DNA from: a virus
Reading direction: 5' to 3' (one strand)
Length of the DNA stretch: 56,208 nucleotides
IMG/VR virus record: IMGVR_UViG_3300045988_011651
Coordinates: 1 to 56,208 of that record
Shown: in pieces, positions 25,526 to 34,713 of the stretch
How the letters are laid out: every line of letters starts with the position of its first letter
Numbering within the stretch: the first letter of the stretch is position 1
Program-made: the position numbers and the translations under genes
The notes under the pieces: model-generated
The model's database searches: none
What the model was told of the DNA's origin: nothing
What the model saw: only the letters and a program-made list of their open reading frames with translations

Positions 25526-25846
25526 ATGAGAGTTATATCACAGGACGGAGCACTTGATATTCCGTATGAGCAAGTAGTTATTCAGAGGTTTAATGGAGAA
25601 ATCTATTTTTTGAACAAGAACCTTACAGGGATAGATGATCTTGTCAGTGACATTGTTATTGCTAAATACTCCACCGAAGAAAAAGCAAAGAAAGCCATGG
25701 AAGAATTGAGATATGCCTATATGTGTCACAGCCTTGTAAAGATGGGGCAGACACCGCCAGATGGAATTGACGAAAATATTGACGAAAAACTCACTATGGG
25801 TTTGAGCGGAGTATTTCACTTTCCTACAGAGGAAGAATTGGAGTAG
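25526..25846 (+). CDS. hypothetical protein
   Basis: 106 aa with RBS AGGGAGG. Confidence 0.6.
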   Translation: MRVISQDGALDIPYEQVVIQRFNGEIYFLNKNLTGIDDLVSDIVIAKYSTEEKAKKAMEELRYAYMCHSLVKMGQTPPDGIDENIDEKLTMGLSGVFHFPTEEELE

Positions 25847-25849
25847 GGT

Positions 25850-26011
25850 ATGGATAATTTAACAAGATACACCGCAGACGATGAAGTACCGAATTGTGGA
25901 CGATGTGAACACATCAATGATTCTAATGAATGGTGTATGCAAAATTGCGGCGGAGCAAATGGCTGGAGCGGCTATTTGAGATATGGAGAAAGCGAGGTGA
26001 CAAAAGATTGA
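25850..26011 (+). CDS. 53-aa Cys-rich protein (below the ORF-track cutoff)
   Basis: MDNLTRYTADDEVPNCGRCEHINDSNEWCMQNCGGANGWSGYLRYGESEVTKD. It ends with the GAAAGCGAGG junction motif, and its stop overlaps the TTG start of the next gene. Confidence 0.4.
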   Translation: MDNLTRYTADDEVPNCGRCEHINDSNEWCMQNCGGANGWSGYLRYGESEVTKD

Positions 26012-26745
26012 AACTTAGAGTTTTGGGTTCAAGCAGTTCCGGAAACTCATACGCCTTGATTTCAGACAGTGGCGAAATCCTTGCCATTGAAGCCGGATGC
26101 AAATTTCTTGATTTTAAGAAAATGATTGATTGGAAAATAGCAAATGTTTCCGGATGCATTGTGAGCCACGAACATGGAGACCATGCACGATACATAAAAG
26201 ATTTCATGAAATCCGGCATTCCGGTTTATACGGCATTTGAGACACAGACCGCACTTGAAATCATTACAGGAGAGCGTACAATAGCCATTCCACCACGCAG
26301 AGCACGGCAAATCGGCAGTTTTACGGTAACACCCTTCAATGTACCGCATGATACAGAAATCGAGTGCTACGGTTATTTAATCGAGCATGAGGAAATGGGT
26401 AAACTGTTATTCTTGACCGACTTGGAATATTGCAAGTATGACTTTTCCGGCATAAAGGTTGAGCATATCATGGTTGAAGCCAATTATAGCATGGATTTGG
26501 TAGACCGGAATGAGCCGAACTATGAACACCGTTTACGAGGTCATATGAGCCTTGATACGGCACTTAAATTTATTCAGACGAACGACAACCCAGCTTTACG
26601 GAATGTCGTTTTAATACACTTATCGGACACAAGCGGAGATCCCGCGTTATTCCTACAACGAACGAAAGAAACAATTGAATATGGATCGAATGTTTATGTT
26701 GCAGAAAAAGGGTTAGAGGTTGATATGAACCTCTGTCCGTTCTGA
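26008..26745 (+). CDS. metallo-beta-lactamase-fold nuclease (recombination exonuclease partner)
   Basis: TTG start 10 nt after GAAAGCGAGG gives the canonical N-terminus (M)KLRVLGSSSSGNSY. HEHGDH motif. Adjacent to recT. Confidence 0.7.
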   Translation: MKLRVLGSSSSGNSYALISDSGEILAIEAGCKFLDFKKMIDWKIANVSGCIVSHEHGDHARYIKDFMKSGIPVYTAFETQTALEIITGERTIAIPPRRARQIGSFTVTPFNVPHDTEIECYGYLIEHEEMGKLLFLTDLEYCKYDFSGIKVEHIMVEANYSMDLVDRNEPNYEHRLRGHMSLDTALKFIQTNDNPALRNVVLIHLSDTSGDPALFLQRTKETIEYGSNVYVAEKGLEVDMNLCPF

Positions 26746-26880
26746 TTGGTTGAAACACCTTGGCGAAAGCCTAAAAGAAACTATCTTGTTTGGCGAATAA
26801 TAGTTATCACAAGCTTATTGAAAGCCATGTTTTGGCGGTGCGTTTACCGCGCCGCCCTTACAAAAGATTGGAGGTAAAAA

Positions 26881-27228
26881 TTGAAAATATGTGAATACTG
26901 TATGGCTGAATTTGAGCCGAAGCGAACAGATCAAAAATACTGTAGACCAAAATGTGCCAAAAGATACGCACAGTTTAAGAATTTTAAAAAGGCTGGAAGA
27001 ATTGTGTATACAAGAATATGCCCGAAATGTGGCAGGCTGTTTATGACGATAGGTGAACGCAAAGTTGATTGCCAAGACTGCATCGGCATTGACATTAAAG
27101 AACGATTGAGAAAGCCAAAGAAAAAGGATGATGCAATCAAGGCTGTGAATCATATGGCACGCGCTTCCGGAATGAGTTACGGAAAGTTTGTGGCTCAAAT
27201 GAGCATGAAGCCATTGGAGAGGAAGTGA
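26881..27228 (+). CDS. Zn-ribbon protein (hypothetical)
   Basis: TTG start 5 nt after GGAGGT. CEYC...CRPKC...CPKC...CQDC. Confidence 0.55.
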   Translation: MKICEYCMAEFEPKRTDQKYCRPKCAKRYAQFKNFKKAGRIVYTRICPKCGRLFMTIGERKVDCQDCIGIDIKERLRKPKKKDDAIKAVNHMARASGMSYGKFVAQMSMKPLERK

Positions 27229-27232
27229 TTGG

Positions 27233-27829
27233 ATGGATTATAAGAAATTTAGACAGGCAAAAGCCATCGAAGCTAAAAACAAGCAGAAATGGCTTGCATT
27301 GAATCCGAGACTTGATGAATCAAGTGGAATTTATATTTTGACGAGACAGGACGAAAATGGGTTTAGATATGCATATGTGGGACAGGCTAAGCGTATTTTA
27401 ACCAGATTGTCGCAACACCTTTCAGGGTATCAGCACATAGATCTTAGCTTGAAGTCTCATGGACTTTATTCAGAGGATAATCCATATGGATGGAATGCAA
27501 CATCAGTACACTGTCCGATAGATAAACTTGATGAGCGTGAGCAGTATTTTATTAAGCATTACGCGGACAGGGGCTATCAGCTTCGGAATAAGACAAGCGG
27601 TTCACAGGGGGAGGGTAAAGCTAAGATTGATGATTACCGTCCGGCAAAAGGCTATTATGACGGCATTAAACAAGGCAAAAAGAGTCTTGCCAAGGAATTA
27701 TCGCATATCGCTGAAAAGCACCTTGAAATCCGCTTGAAGCCGGAGAAACAGGGAAACAAAGTTTCTGAAAAACAGTATGAGAAGTTTATGGCTTTGATTT
27801 CTGAAGATACATATGAGGAGAGTGATTAA
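27233..27829 (+). CDS. GIY-YIG nuclease (homing-endonuclease-like)
   Basis: SGIYILT...YAYVGQAKRILTRLSQH...REQYFIKHY...RNK motif order. Confidence 0.7.
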   Translation: MDYKKFRQAKAIEAKNKQKWLALNPRLDESSGIYILTRQDENGFRYAYVGQAKRILTRLSQHLSGYQHIDLSLKSHGLYSEDNPYGWNATSVHCPIDKLDEREQYFIKHYADRGYQLRNKTSGSQGEGKAKIDDYRPAKGYYDGIKQGKKSLAKELSHIAEKHLEIRLKPEKQGNKVSEKQYEKFMALISEDTYEESD

Positions 27830-28633
27830 ATGGCAGAAGTCAAGTGGATTAAAATCACAACAGATGTTTTTGATGATGAAAAGATTCTGCTGATTGAGAG
27901 TATGCCGAGTGCGGATAGCATCATTACGATTTGGTTCAAACTTCTCATTCTTGCCGGAAAACAGAATAACAACGGTGTGTTTATGATGAGCAACAAATTA
28001 CCGTTCACGGATGAAATGCTTGCCACCATTTTTCGCAGAGATTTGAACACGGTAAGGCTTGCGCTTAAGACCTTTGAAGAGTTTGGAATGATTGAAGTTG
28101 TTGACAACGTGATAACGATTCCGAATTGGAACAAGCACCAAACACTTGACGCTTATGAGAAGAAAAAGGAACGTGACAGGCTATATCAGCAGAACCGGAG
28201 AAAGAAACAGAAGAACCTAATTGAGCAAAAATCGCCCGATAAATCGTCTGACGTCGCTGTTTCAGATAAAGAAGAAGAAAAAGAAGAAGATAAAGAGAAA
28301 GAAAATATAAAAGAAAATTCGCTGTCGACCGATTCCGGAGAGTTGTTTGATTTTGACGATGCATGGAAAAAGACTTTTAGTATATACCCCAAGAAAACAG
28401 CGTACAGTACCTCTAAAACAGCTTGGATGGATAAGGTGCTAGAAGTTATCGAAGAGAACCAACCGGACATTGCACGGCTGTTATACAAAGCCACAGAGGC
28501 ATATTTGAGTGACTATCAAGAAAAGAATCCAGACGATACGGATTTTCGATACATTCCAAAATATGTTGATTGGCTGAAAAATGATTGTGACTATTGGTTG
28601 CAGATCGCGGAGAAACGAGGTGATTGCAGTTGA
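27830..28633 (+). CDS. phage replisome organiser (DnaD-like)
   Basis: KWIKITTDVFDDEKILLIESMPSADSIITIWFKLLILAGK...ITIPNWNKHQ is the replisome-organiser N-terminal domain. Directly upstream of DnaB. Confidence 0.75.
   Translation: MAEVKWIKITTDVFDDEKILLIESMPSADSIITIWFKLLILAGKQNNNGVFMMSNKLPFTDEMLATIFRRDLNTVRLALKTFEEFGMIEVVDNVITIPNWNKHQTLDAYEKKKERDRLYQQNRRKKQKNLIEQKSPDKSSDVAVSDKEEEKEEDKEKENIKENSLSTDSGELFDFDDAWKKTFSIYPKKTAYSTSKTAWMDKVLEVIEENQPDIARLLYKATEAYLSDYQEKNPDDTDFRYIPKYVDWLKNDCDYWLQIAEKRGDCS
28229..28266. repeat. ori-box repeats inside the organiser gene (AAATCGcccGAt / AAATCGTCTGACGTCGCTgTTTCAGA)
   Basis: Tandem 12-mers at 28229 and 28241. A 24/25-nt match to 43598..43622. Followed by a purine-rich AT tract (28267-28330). 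Confidence 0.5.
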
Positions 28634-29946
28634 CAGAAGCAGAGTTCGGAGTGATCGGGTGCGTATTGATTGACAATGATGTGCTAAATAACATCTGGCG
28701 AACACTGAAACCGGAAATGTTTAGTTCGGAATTTGCACAGGATACATACAAAGAAATGCTTGCTATGTATGACCGGAATGAAAGTATAGATCCTATGTCC
28801 TTGTCAATGGCACTTGAAAGCCACAAATACGCACAAGAGCAGATTAGCGAATTGATGAAATCCTGTATTACCGGAACAATCACTTCAACTATGGTCAAAA
28901 GTTATGCCGATGCGGTTGCGAAAGAATACAAAGTAAGAACGGTTCGTGACATGTATCAGAAATCCAGCTTAAAACCATGTGACATTGATGATACAATCAG
29001 TGATCTTCTTACAAGGCTTGAACATTTGCAAGAGGGAAAAGAAGTAAAACTAAAGCCAATTAAGCAGATTTCAGTTGAGAATAAAGACAAATATTTCAAC
29101 GAAAGTGTCGGAGAGGGCGGTATAAAAATCGGGTTATCGCAACTTGATGATGCGCTTGGAGACCTTGAACGCGGTGATGTAACAGTAATTGCTGCAAGAC
29201 CGGCAGTCGGAAAATCCGCACTCACAACGCAGATTATTGGCAATATGGCAAAGAAAGGACTTAAAGTCGCATATTTCAATTTGGAGATGAGCGATAAACA
29301 GGTATATGAACGATTTATTTCAAGACTTGCGGAAATCGGCTTAACGAGAATCAGAAGAGCAAAAGCGTTTCTTGGCGATGAACAGGAAAAATTTAACCAA
29401 GCAAATGAAGAAATGAGTGATTATCAATTATGGATTGCATCCGGGACTGTATCTCCGAGGGAAATAAAGTCAGAATGCAGGCACCAAAACTTTGACGTTA
29501 TCGTTGTTGACTATCTGCAATTGCTTATGCCGGATAACAGATATTCCGGAAGAAATGAAGAAGTAGCATCAATTTCAAGAGGTTTAAAATCGGTTGCAAG
29601 AGACTTAAATACACATGTAATAGCACTTTCACAGATAACAAGAGCTTCCGAAAGCAGAGACACAAAAGAACCTACCATGGCAGAGTTGAGGGAATCCGGG
29701 GCAATCGAACAGGATGCGTCAAACATAATTATGCTGTGGAATCTGTCAGACAATGACAAGGGAGCCAAGGGTGTAAAAATCGAGAAGAACAGGCAGGGAA
29801 TGACAATGCGTGAAGCAATGGAGTTTGATGGAGATCACATGAAGTTTGTTGAAATCGAAAAACCGCTTGATGATGTTGTTGCGGAAATCAAAAAGAAAGA
29901 ACGTGGGGACGGATTCAAGCCATACAATGGCGATTGTCCGTTTTAG
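28624..29946 (+). CDS. dnaB: replicative DNA helicase DnaB
   Basis: 440 aa. Walker A ARPAVGKSAL, VVDYLQLL, SQITRASE and the NRQG arginine-finger region. Confidence 0.9.
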   Translation: MQLTEAEFGVIGCVLIDNDVLNNIWRTLKPEMFSSEFAQDTYKEMLAMYDRNESIDPMSLSMALESHKYAQEQISELMKSCITGTITSTMVKSYADAVAKEYKVRTVRDMYQKSSLKPCDIDDTISDLLTRLEHLQEGKEVKLKPIKQISVENKDKYFNESVGEGGIKIGLSQLDDALGDLERGDVTVIAARPAVGKSALTTQIIGNMAKKGLKVAYFNLEMSDKQVYERFISRLAEIGLTRIRRAKAFLGDEQEKFNQANEEMSDYQLWIASGTVSPREIKSECRHQNFDVIVVDYLQLLMPDNRYSGRNEEVASISRGLKSVARDLNTHVIALSQITRASESRDTKEPTMAELRESGAIEQDASNIIMLWNLSDNDKGAKGVKIEKNRQGMTMREAMEFDGDHMKFVEIEKPLDDVVAEIKKKERGDGFKPYNGDCPF

Positions 29947-29957
29947 AGGTAGTGGCT

Positions 29958-30203
29958 ATGGCAAGTGCAAAGATCGAAAAGGGTTCGGAAGAATGGCAAG
30001 TATTTATGGATTATTGGCAATTCATTCAGAAATACTATTCACCGGACAGCACTGATTCTTGGTGGGATGAAGTTGTAAAAGCCGGAGAATCATTGATAAA
30101 CAAATACAAAGGAATGGAGATTGAAGAGCGTGCAAGACAGCTTGTATTGAGTCATTTTGCATGGTTGGAAATCACATACAGAAAGGAGAAATCAAAGAAA
30201 TGA
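29958..30203 (+). CDS. hypothetical protein
   Basis: In-frame ATG 29958 behind AGAGGTAG. Confidence 0.55.
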   Translation: MASAKIEKGSEEWQVFMDYWQFIQKYYSPDSTDSWWDEVVKAGESLINKYKGMEIEERARQLVLSHFAWLEITYRKEKSKK

Positions 30204-30796
30204 GCAATGCTTTGAGACGGAATAAAAAGCCAACATTTTACACAAAACAGGAAATGCGTATTATCGGGAGAAATGATTTTGAAAAGCGAAATGCGGATAA
30301 GGTTATAGCGAAATCGTACAAAGATTTTGTCGTGATTGGGTACATAATTCTGCATGACAAATTCGGTTTCGGACAGACAAGAATCATCCGGTTACAGGAT
30401 TTTTTGAAATCTTACTTAGATGAAGCAGCATCCGGTGGAAATACCGGAAAGGACTTGTCTGTTTATCTGAAAAGTAAATATGGAATCGACATCAAAGAAG
30501 AAGCCGGAAAAATTCCACAGAGACAGTTAATGAACATGTATGCAAAGAAAGGTTTCTGCATCGAGCGTGAAGCATACAGGCTTTCCAGTGCATCGTTGTT
30601 TAATTATTTTGCACTGACACTTACGATTCTGAAAAAGGAATTTAAGATAACAGCGAAACAGTTGCAGTATTTCACGGACAAATTCATCGACTACATTGAT
30701 ACGTTAGCTAATTACAAGCAGTTTCAGTTGACGGTTCCGATGATAGCGCAGAGTTTGGCGGATGAGATTAAGTTTGTATGTGATTTGGAGGTTTAA
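30200..30796 (+). CDS. hypothetical protein
   Basis: In-frame ATG 30200 behind AAAGGAGAA. ATGA overlap with the upstream stop. Confidence 0.6.
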   Translation: MSNALRRNKKPTFYTKQEMRIIGRNDFEKRNADKVIAKSYKDFVVIGYIILHDKFGFGQTRIIRLQDFLKSYLDEAASGGNTGKDLSVYLKSKYGIDIKEEAGKIPQRQLMNMYAKKGFCIEREAYRLSSASLFNYFALTLTILKKEFKITAKQLQYFTDKFIDYIDTLANYKQFQLTVPMIAQSLADEIKFVCDLEV

Positions 30797-30797
30797 T

Positions 30798-31193
30798 ATG
30801 ACGAATAAAGAAGAATACGGAAATGAGATTATAGAACTTGCGACAAACACAGCTATGTTTGGATTAAAAAATGGAAAGCCTGCAATTTGCGAAGAAATTA
30901 AATGTGAAGAGTGTGATTTTTATGAATCAGATTCGTGCAAAGGTAGTACGTATAATTTCCGAGAATGGCTTAATTCGGAATATGTTGAGCCACCTGTTGA
31001 TTGGAGCAAGGTTGCAGTCGATACGCCGATTTTGGTAAGAGATCATGAAAAATGCGAATGGACTAGAAGACATTTTGCAAAAATCGAAAACGGAACGGTG
31101 TTTGCATGGCGCGGTGGGGCAACGTCTTGGAGCGAGGATGATGAAGAGACTATTCCGTGGAAATATGCCAAGCTGGCAGAAAGCGAGGAATAG
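30798..31193 (+). CDS. hypothetical Cys-containing protein
   Basis: In-frame ATG 30798 behind GGAGGT. Confidence 0.6.
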   Translation: MTNKEEYGNEIIELATNTAMFGLKNGKPAICEEIKCEECDFYESDSCKGSTYNFREWLNSEYVEPPVDWSKVAVDTPILVRDHEKCEWTRRHFAKIENGTVFAWRGGATSWSEDDEETIPWKYAKLAESEE

Positions 31194-31195
31194 AC

Positions 31196-31663
31196 ATGGA
31201 GAGATTAACAATTGATGAGATAATCGAGCATTGCGGAAGAAAAACAGGAATGTACGAAAAAGCTTGTGATGTTAAGTATCTTGAAACAGCAGTTATGGGT
31301 AATGGGATAAAAGAATATTGGGAGCATAAACAGGTTGCTGAATATTTAAGAAAACTCAAAGAATATGAGGACTTAGAGGAACAGGGCAGACTTATCAAGT
31401 TGCCTTGTAAGGTTGGAGATAAAATTTTCCTTGATTTTGCAGGATTTGGAAAAGATGTAGACAAGTTTACAGTTAAGGACTTCCATTTGGATTGTTTTAA
31501 AGATGGAGAAACTACACTGTTTTGCGATTATGAATCAAATGACAGGACTTTATCTGGTCAAATTGATGTAATGGAATTTGGCAAAACAGTATTCCTCACA
31601 AAATCCGAAGCCGAAGCAAAACTGAAAGAATTGAGAGGTGGAGAAGATGAAAGTAGTAATTGA
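31196..31663 (+). CDS. hypothetical protein
   Basis: In-frame ATG 31196, 7 nt after GAAAGCGAGG. Confidence 0.6.
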   Translation: MERLTIDEIIEHCGRKTGMYEKACDVKYLETAVMGNGIKEYWEHKQVAEYLRKLKEYEDLEEQGRLIKLPCKVGDKIFLDFAGFGKDVDKFTVKDFHLDCFKDGETTLFCDYESNDRTLSGQIDVMEFGKTVFLTKSEAEAKLKELRGGEDESSN

Positions 31664-32063
31664 CATACCTAAAGATTTCGAAGGAGATTATATTGCTGAC
31701 AAATTCAAAGATTTCTTTTCGAGGGTTATTGCGGATATTGATTGCAAAGGTATGTGTGGCAGATACGAGAAAGAAATTGCTGAAATGTTTTTAAAGGCAT
31801 TTGATGATAGCGAGGAAAAGATTTCTTGTAACTGCCAGAACAACAGCAATTCAAGAAATAATGAGCCTTGTTGCAGATGCGATAGCAAACATACCAAGAA
31901 ACCTATATTTAACCATAACCTAAGTGATACTCTTTCTGTATTCCATTGTGAATGCGGAAACACAATCAAAGTAAGTCACGATATAGGAATAATGAATAAC
32001 AACAATGCGCCAAATTACTGTAGCAAGTGCGGTTGCAGGTTTGATTGGAGTGATGAAGAATGA
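31647..32063 (+). CDS. hypothetical Zn-ribbon protein
   Basis: In-frame ATG 31647 behind GAGGTGGAG. Several CxC/CxxC pairs. Confidence 0.6.
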   Translation: MKVVIDIPKDFEGDYIADKFKDFFSRVIADIDCKGMCGRYEKEIAEMFLKAFDDSEEKISCNCQNNSNSRNNEPCCRCDSKHTKKPIFNHNLSDTLSVFHCECGNTIKVSHDIGIMNNNNAPNYCSKCGCRFDWSDEE

Positions 32064-32233
32064 TGTTTCAATCGTACATAAATTTCTTTCTACTAATACT
32101 TATAGCCGTTAGGTTAGATATTCTAACAGAATTTGGAGTTAATCTTTTTTGCATTCTGTCAGTTGTAGGGATGATTGGACATGAGATTTTTGATTATTTG
32201 AAAAGAGGAGATAAAAACGATGGGACTGATTGA
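32060..32233 (+). CDS. 57-aa two-TM membrane peptide (below the ORF-track cutoff)
   Basis: MMFQSYINFFLLILIAVRLDILTEFGVNLFCILSVVGMIGHEIFDYLKRGDKNDGTD. ATGA overlap with the upstream stop. Confidence 0.35.
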   Translation: MMFQSYINFFLLILIAVRLDILTEFGVNLFCILSVVGMIGHEIFDYLKRGDKNDGTD

Positions 32234-32486
32234 TGCAGACGCACTAAAAGAATATTGCATGCGTGCGAGTAAATCTGATGATGATTTTAGGAGAGTGAGT
32301 TTGGCAACATTGGCAAGCGTGATAGATGCACAGCCGACTGCCTACGATCCGGACAAGGTTGTGGAGCAGTTGGAAGACTATGGAAATGAAGAAACACACT
32401 ATTATAAAAACACTCCATATGAAAAGTGCATAGAAGAATGCGTACATAAAGCAATCGAGATTGTGAAAGGCGGTGGAGTAGAGTGA
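32220..32486 (+). CDS. hypothetical protein
   Basis: 88 aa behind AAGAGGAG. Confidence 0.6.
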   Translation: MGLIDADALKEYCMRASKSDDDFRRVSLATLASVIDAQPTAYDPDKVVEQLEDYGNEETHYYKNTPYEKCIEECVHKAIEIVKGGGVE

Positions 32487-32686
32487 CAAGCAAAAAATTA
32501 TGTGAAATGTGCACGGAGTATTCTGCTGACGAAAAATGTGAGTACAAAAATACTTGCGAATTGCAAAAGATTTTGACGGAAAACAAAGACCTGAAAGCGG
32601 AAAATAAACAACTTAAAGCGAAAGTTGAAAAGTTAGAAGTTGAAAAATCATGGTGGAATTCACCGGACATGATGGGAAGGTGGTGA
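32483..32686 (+). CDS. hypothetical coiled-coil protein
   Basis: GTG start overlapping the upstream stop (an alternative is ATG 32507). CEMC...C..C, then a Lys/Glu coiled coil. Confidence 0.5.
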   Translation: MTSKKLCEMCTEYSADEKCEYKNTCELQKILTENKDLKAENKQLKAKVEKLEVEKSWWNSPDMMGRW

Positions 32687-32691
32687 AACAG

Positions 32692-33348
32692 ATGGCGATT
32701 AAACCAATTTTATTTAACACCGAGATGGTTCGGGCAATTCTGGACGGACGGAAAAGTTGTACCAGACGGTTGGTTAAACATGATGTTGAATCAGTTCTCA
32801 ACAGTCCATATCATAAGGCACATCCAGAGGTAGAAGATAAACAGATTATAAGCAAACTATGTAATCCACCGTATCAGCTTGGGGATATCATCTACATCCG
32901 TGAGACCTGGGCGTGGTGTCCGTGTTGGGATTGCGGTCTGGATGTTGAAGAGACCGGATGCGGGCACGAACAAGAGCAAAAATACAATGGTGAGAAAAAG
33001 GAACATGGATGTTACATATACCGTGCATCGTGTGCCGACAATGAATATCCATCGGTGGATACGTGGCACCCATCCATCCATATGCCAAAAGAGGCGGCGC
33101 GAATCTGGCTTCGCGTTACCGACGTACGAGTGGAGCGGTTGCAGGAGATTAATGCGGAGGGTATTCGCAATGAAGGAATTTCTTCTATGGCAGTTCATGT
33201 CGGAGATATGGAAATCGCATTGAAAGAATGGAAAAACCTTTGGAACAGCACCGTCAAGAAGTCCGACATAAACTGCTACGGTTGGGATGCGAATCCGTGG
33301 GTGTGGATTATCGAGTTTGAGCGGTGTGAAAAACCGAAAGGAGTGTGA
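32692..33348 (+). CDS. ASCH/PUA-like domain protein (putative)
   Basis: In-frame ATG 32692. MAIKPILFNTEMVRAILDGRKSCTRRLVK is a recurrent phage N-terminal motif. Confidence 0.45.
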   Translation: MAIKPILFNTEMVRAILDGRKSCTRRLVKHDVESVLNSPYHKAHPEVEDKQIISKLCNPPYQLGDIIYIRETWAWCPCWDCGLDVEETGCGHEQEQKYNGEKKEHGCYIYRASCADNEYPSVDTWHPSIHMPKEAARIWLRVTDVRVERLQEINAEGIRNEGISSMAVHVGDMEIALKEWKNLWNSTVKKSDINCYGWDANPWVWIIEFERCEKPKGV

Positions 33349-33462
33349 GGCATGAGTAAAAGCAGAGCTAGTAAAATGAACGGCTATCGTAGCATGGTAA
33401 GCCGTCAGAAAAATGATGTTTTTAAGTTTAAGTCTAAGAAGAAAAAGAAAGGGTGATACAGA

Positions 33463-33738
33463 ATGAAGATTTTAAGCAAGAAGAAATACAATAAACTCAT
33501 TGAAGATTTTGAGGAATCGCAGAAAAAGGTCGAGGAACTCAAAAGGATAAACGAGAGTATCGGGAAAAAGCTTGAAGATAAAAAGACAAGTTGCAAGGCA
33601 AATGTTGGAAAAGATTTTTGTAATGTTTGCAAAAATTCTTACAGTTATAAGAACAATGATGGGCTTATTGCCATTAACTGTGTAGGTTGCTTGCTTGATG
33701 TGCCTTGCGAGGATTTTAAGAGAAAAGAAGATAACTAA
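33463..33738 (+). CDS. hypothetical protein
   Basis: 91 aa. Coiled coil plus a Cys cluster. Confidence 0.55.
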   Translation: MKILSKKKYNKLIEDFEESQKKVEELKRINESIGKKLEDKKTSCKANVGKDFCNVCKNSYSYKNNDGLIAINCVGCLLDVPCEDFKRKEDN

Positions 33739-33804
33739 CTAAAAATCAAAGAAAGGAATAGGTTGTCGCGACATAAAACCGAGGTTTCCTTTTGGTAAGA
33801 GAAA

Positions 33805-34470
33805 ATGTTAGATTTTGGATATTACAACATGGATTGTATGCAAGGAATGAAAGAATTTCCTGACAAGTATTTTGACCTTGCGATTGTAGACCCACCTTAT
33901 GGAATTGGAGAAAATGGGGATAAAAACCATACAAGAGGTAAACTAGCGAGAGCAAAGAATTATAAGGCTTTTAGTGGAATGGATTTAAAGCCACCAAGCG
34001 AAAAATACTTTGATGAACTTTTTAGAGTTTCAAAAAATCAAATTATATGGGGCGCAAATCATTTTATCAGCAAAATGCCGTTTGATAGTAGTTGTTGGAT
34101 TGTTTGGGATAAAGATAATGGAGATAACGATTTTGCTGATTGTGAGCTTGCATGGACTTCGTTCAGTACTGCAGTAAGGCAAATTAAATATAGGTGGGCT
34201 GGAATGCTTCAGCAAAACATGAAGCGTAAAGAAAATCGCATACATCCAACGCAGAAGCTCATTGCACTATATGAATGGTTATTAAGCAGATATGCAAAGC
34301 CTAATGACATTATACTTGATACTCATGTAGGCAGTGCGAGTAGCTTGATAGCTTGCTATAACACTAATCATAAATTTGTCGGGTTTGAGCTTGACGAATA
34401 CTATTACAAGGTGTCAAAACAGAGGTTAGATACCGAAATGGCACAAATGAGATTAAGTGATTATATTTAA
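33805..34470 (+). CDS. DNA methyltransferase (N6-adenine or N4-cytosine, DPPY type), orphan
   Basis: IVDPPYGI catalytic motif and a C-terminal AdoMet motif ILDTHVGSASSL. No adjacent restriction gene. Confidence 0.8.
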   Translation: MLDFGYYNMDCMQGMKEFPDKYFDLAIVDPPYGIGENGDKNHTRGKLARAKNYKAFSGMDLKPPSEKYFDELFRVSKNQIIWGANHFISKMPFDSSCWIVWDKDNGDNDFADCELAWTSFSTAVRQIKYRWAGMLQQNMKRKENRIHPTQKLIALYEWLLSRYAKPNDIILDTHVGSASSLIACYNTNHKFVGFELDEYYYKVSKQRLDTEMAQMRLSDYI

Positions 34471-34485
34471 CAGGAGAAATGGCTT

Positions 34486-34713
34486 ATGAAATTTACAAAA
34501 TTCATTAAGCCAGAACTTGAATACATTAAAGAAAATGCCAATTTCACGGAAGAAGAGGAGAGGATTTTCTCTCTTCTCTGCCGTGGTTTTTCACAAAAGC
34601 AAATATCCACAAAAGAAAATCTATCACTAAGAACGATAGAGTACAGAGTGAGAGATATAAAAGATAAAATAGAGAGAACGGGGGTATTTGATTGGATGAA
34701 AAAGAACTGTTGA
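34486..34713 (+). CDS. small LuxR/sigma-70 region-4-type HTH protein
   Basis: FTEEEERIFSLLCRGFSQKQISTKENLSLRTIEYRVRDIKDKI. Directly upstream of the integrase. Confidence 0.6.
   Translation: MKFTKFIKPELEYIKENANFTEEEERIFSLLCRGFSQKQISTKENLSLRTIEYRVRDIKDKIERTGVFDWMKKNC

Noticed and set aside
25930-26007. The long N-terminal extension of the MBL nuclease ORF, and similar upstream extensions of 8667, 9515, 19448, 31157, 37884 and others.
   Set aside because: Internal starts have proper RBSs and give canonical N-termini or signal peptides. The extensions overlap upstream genes or lack RBSs.
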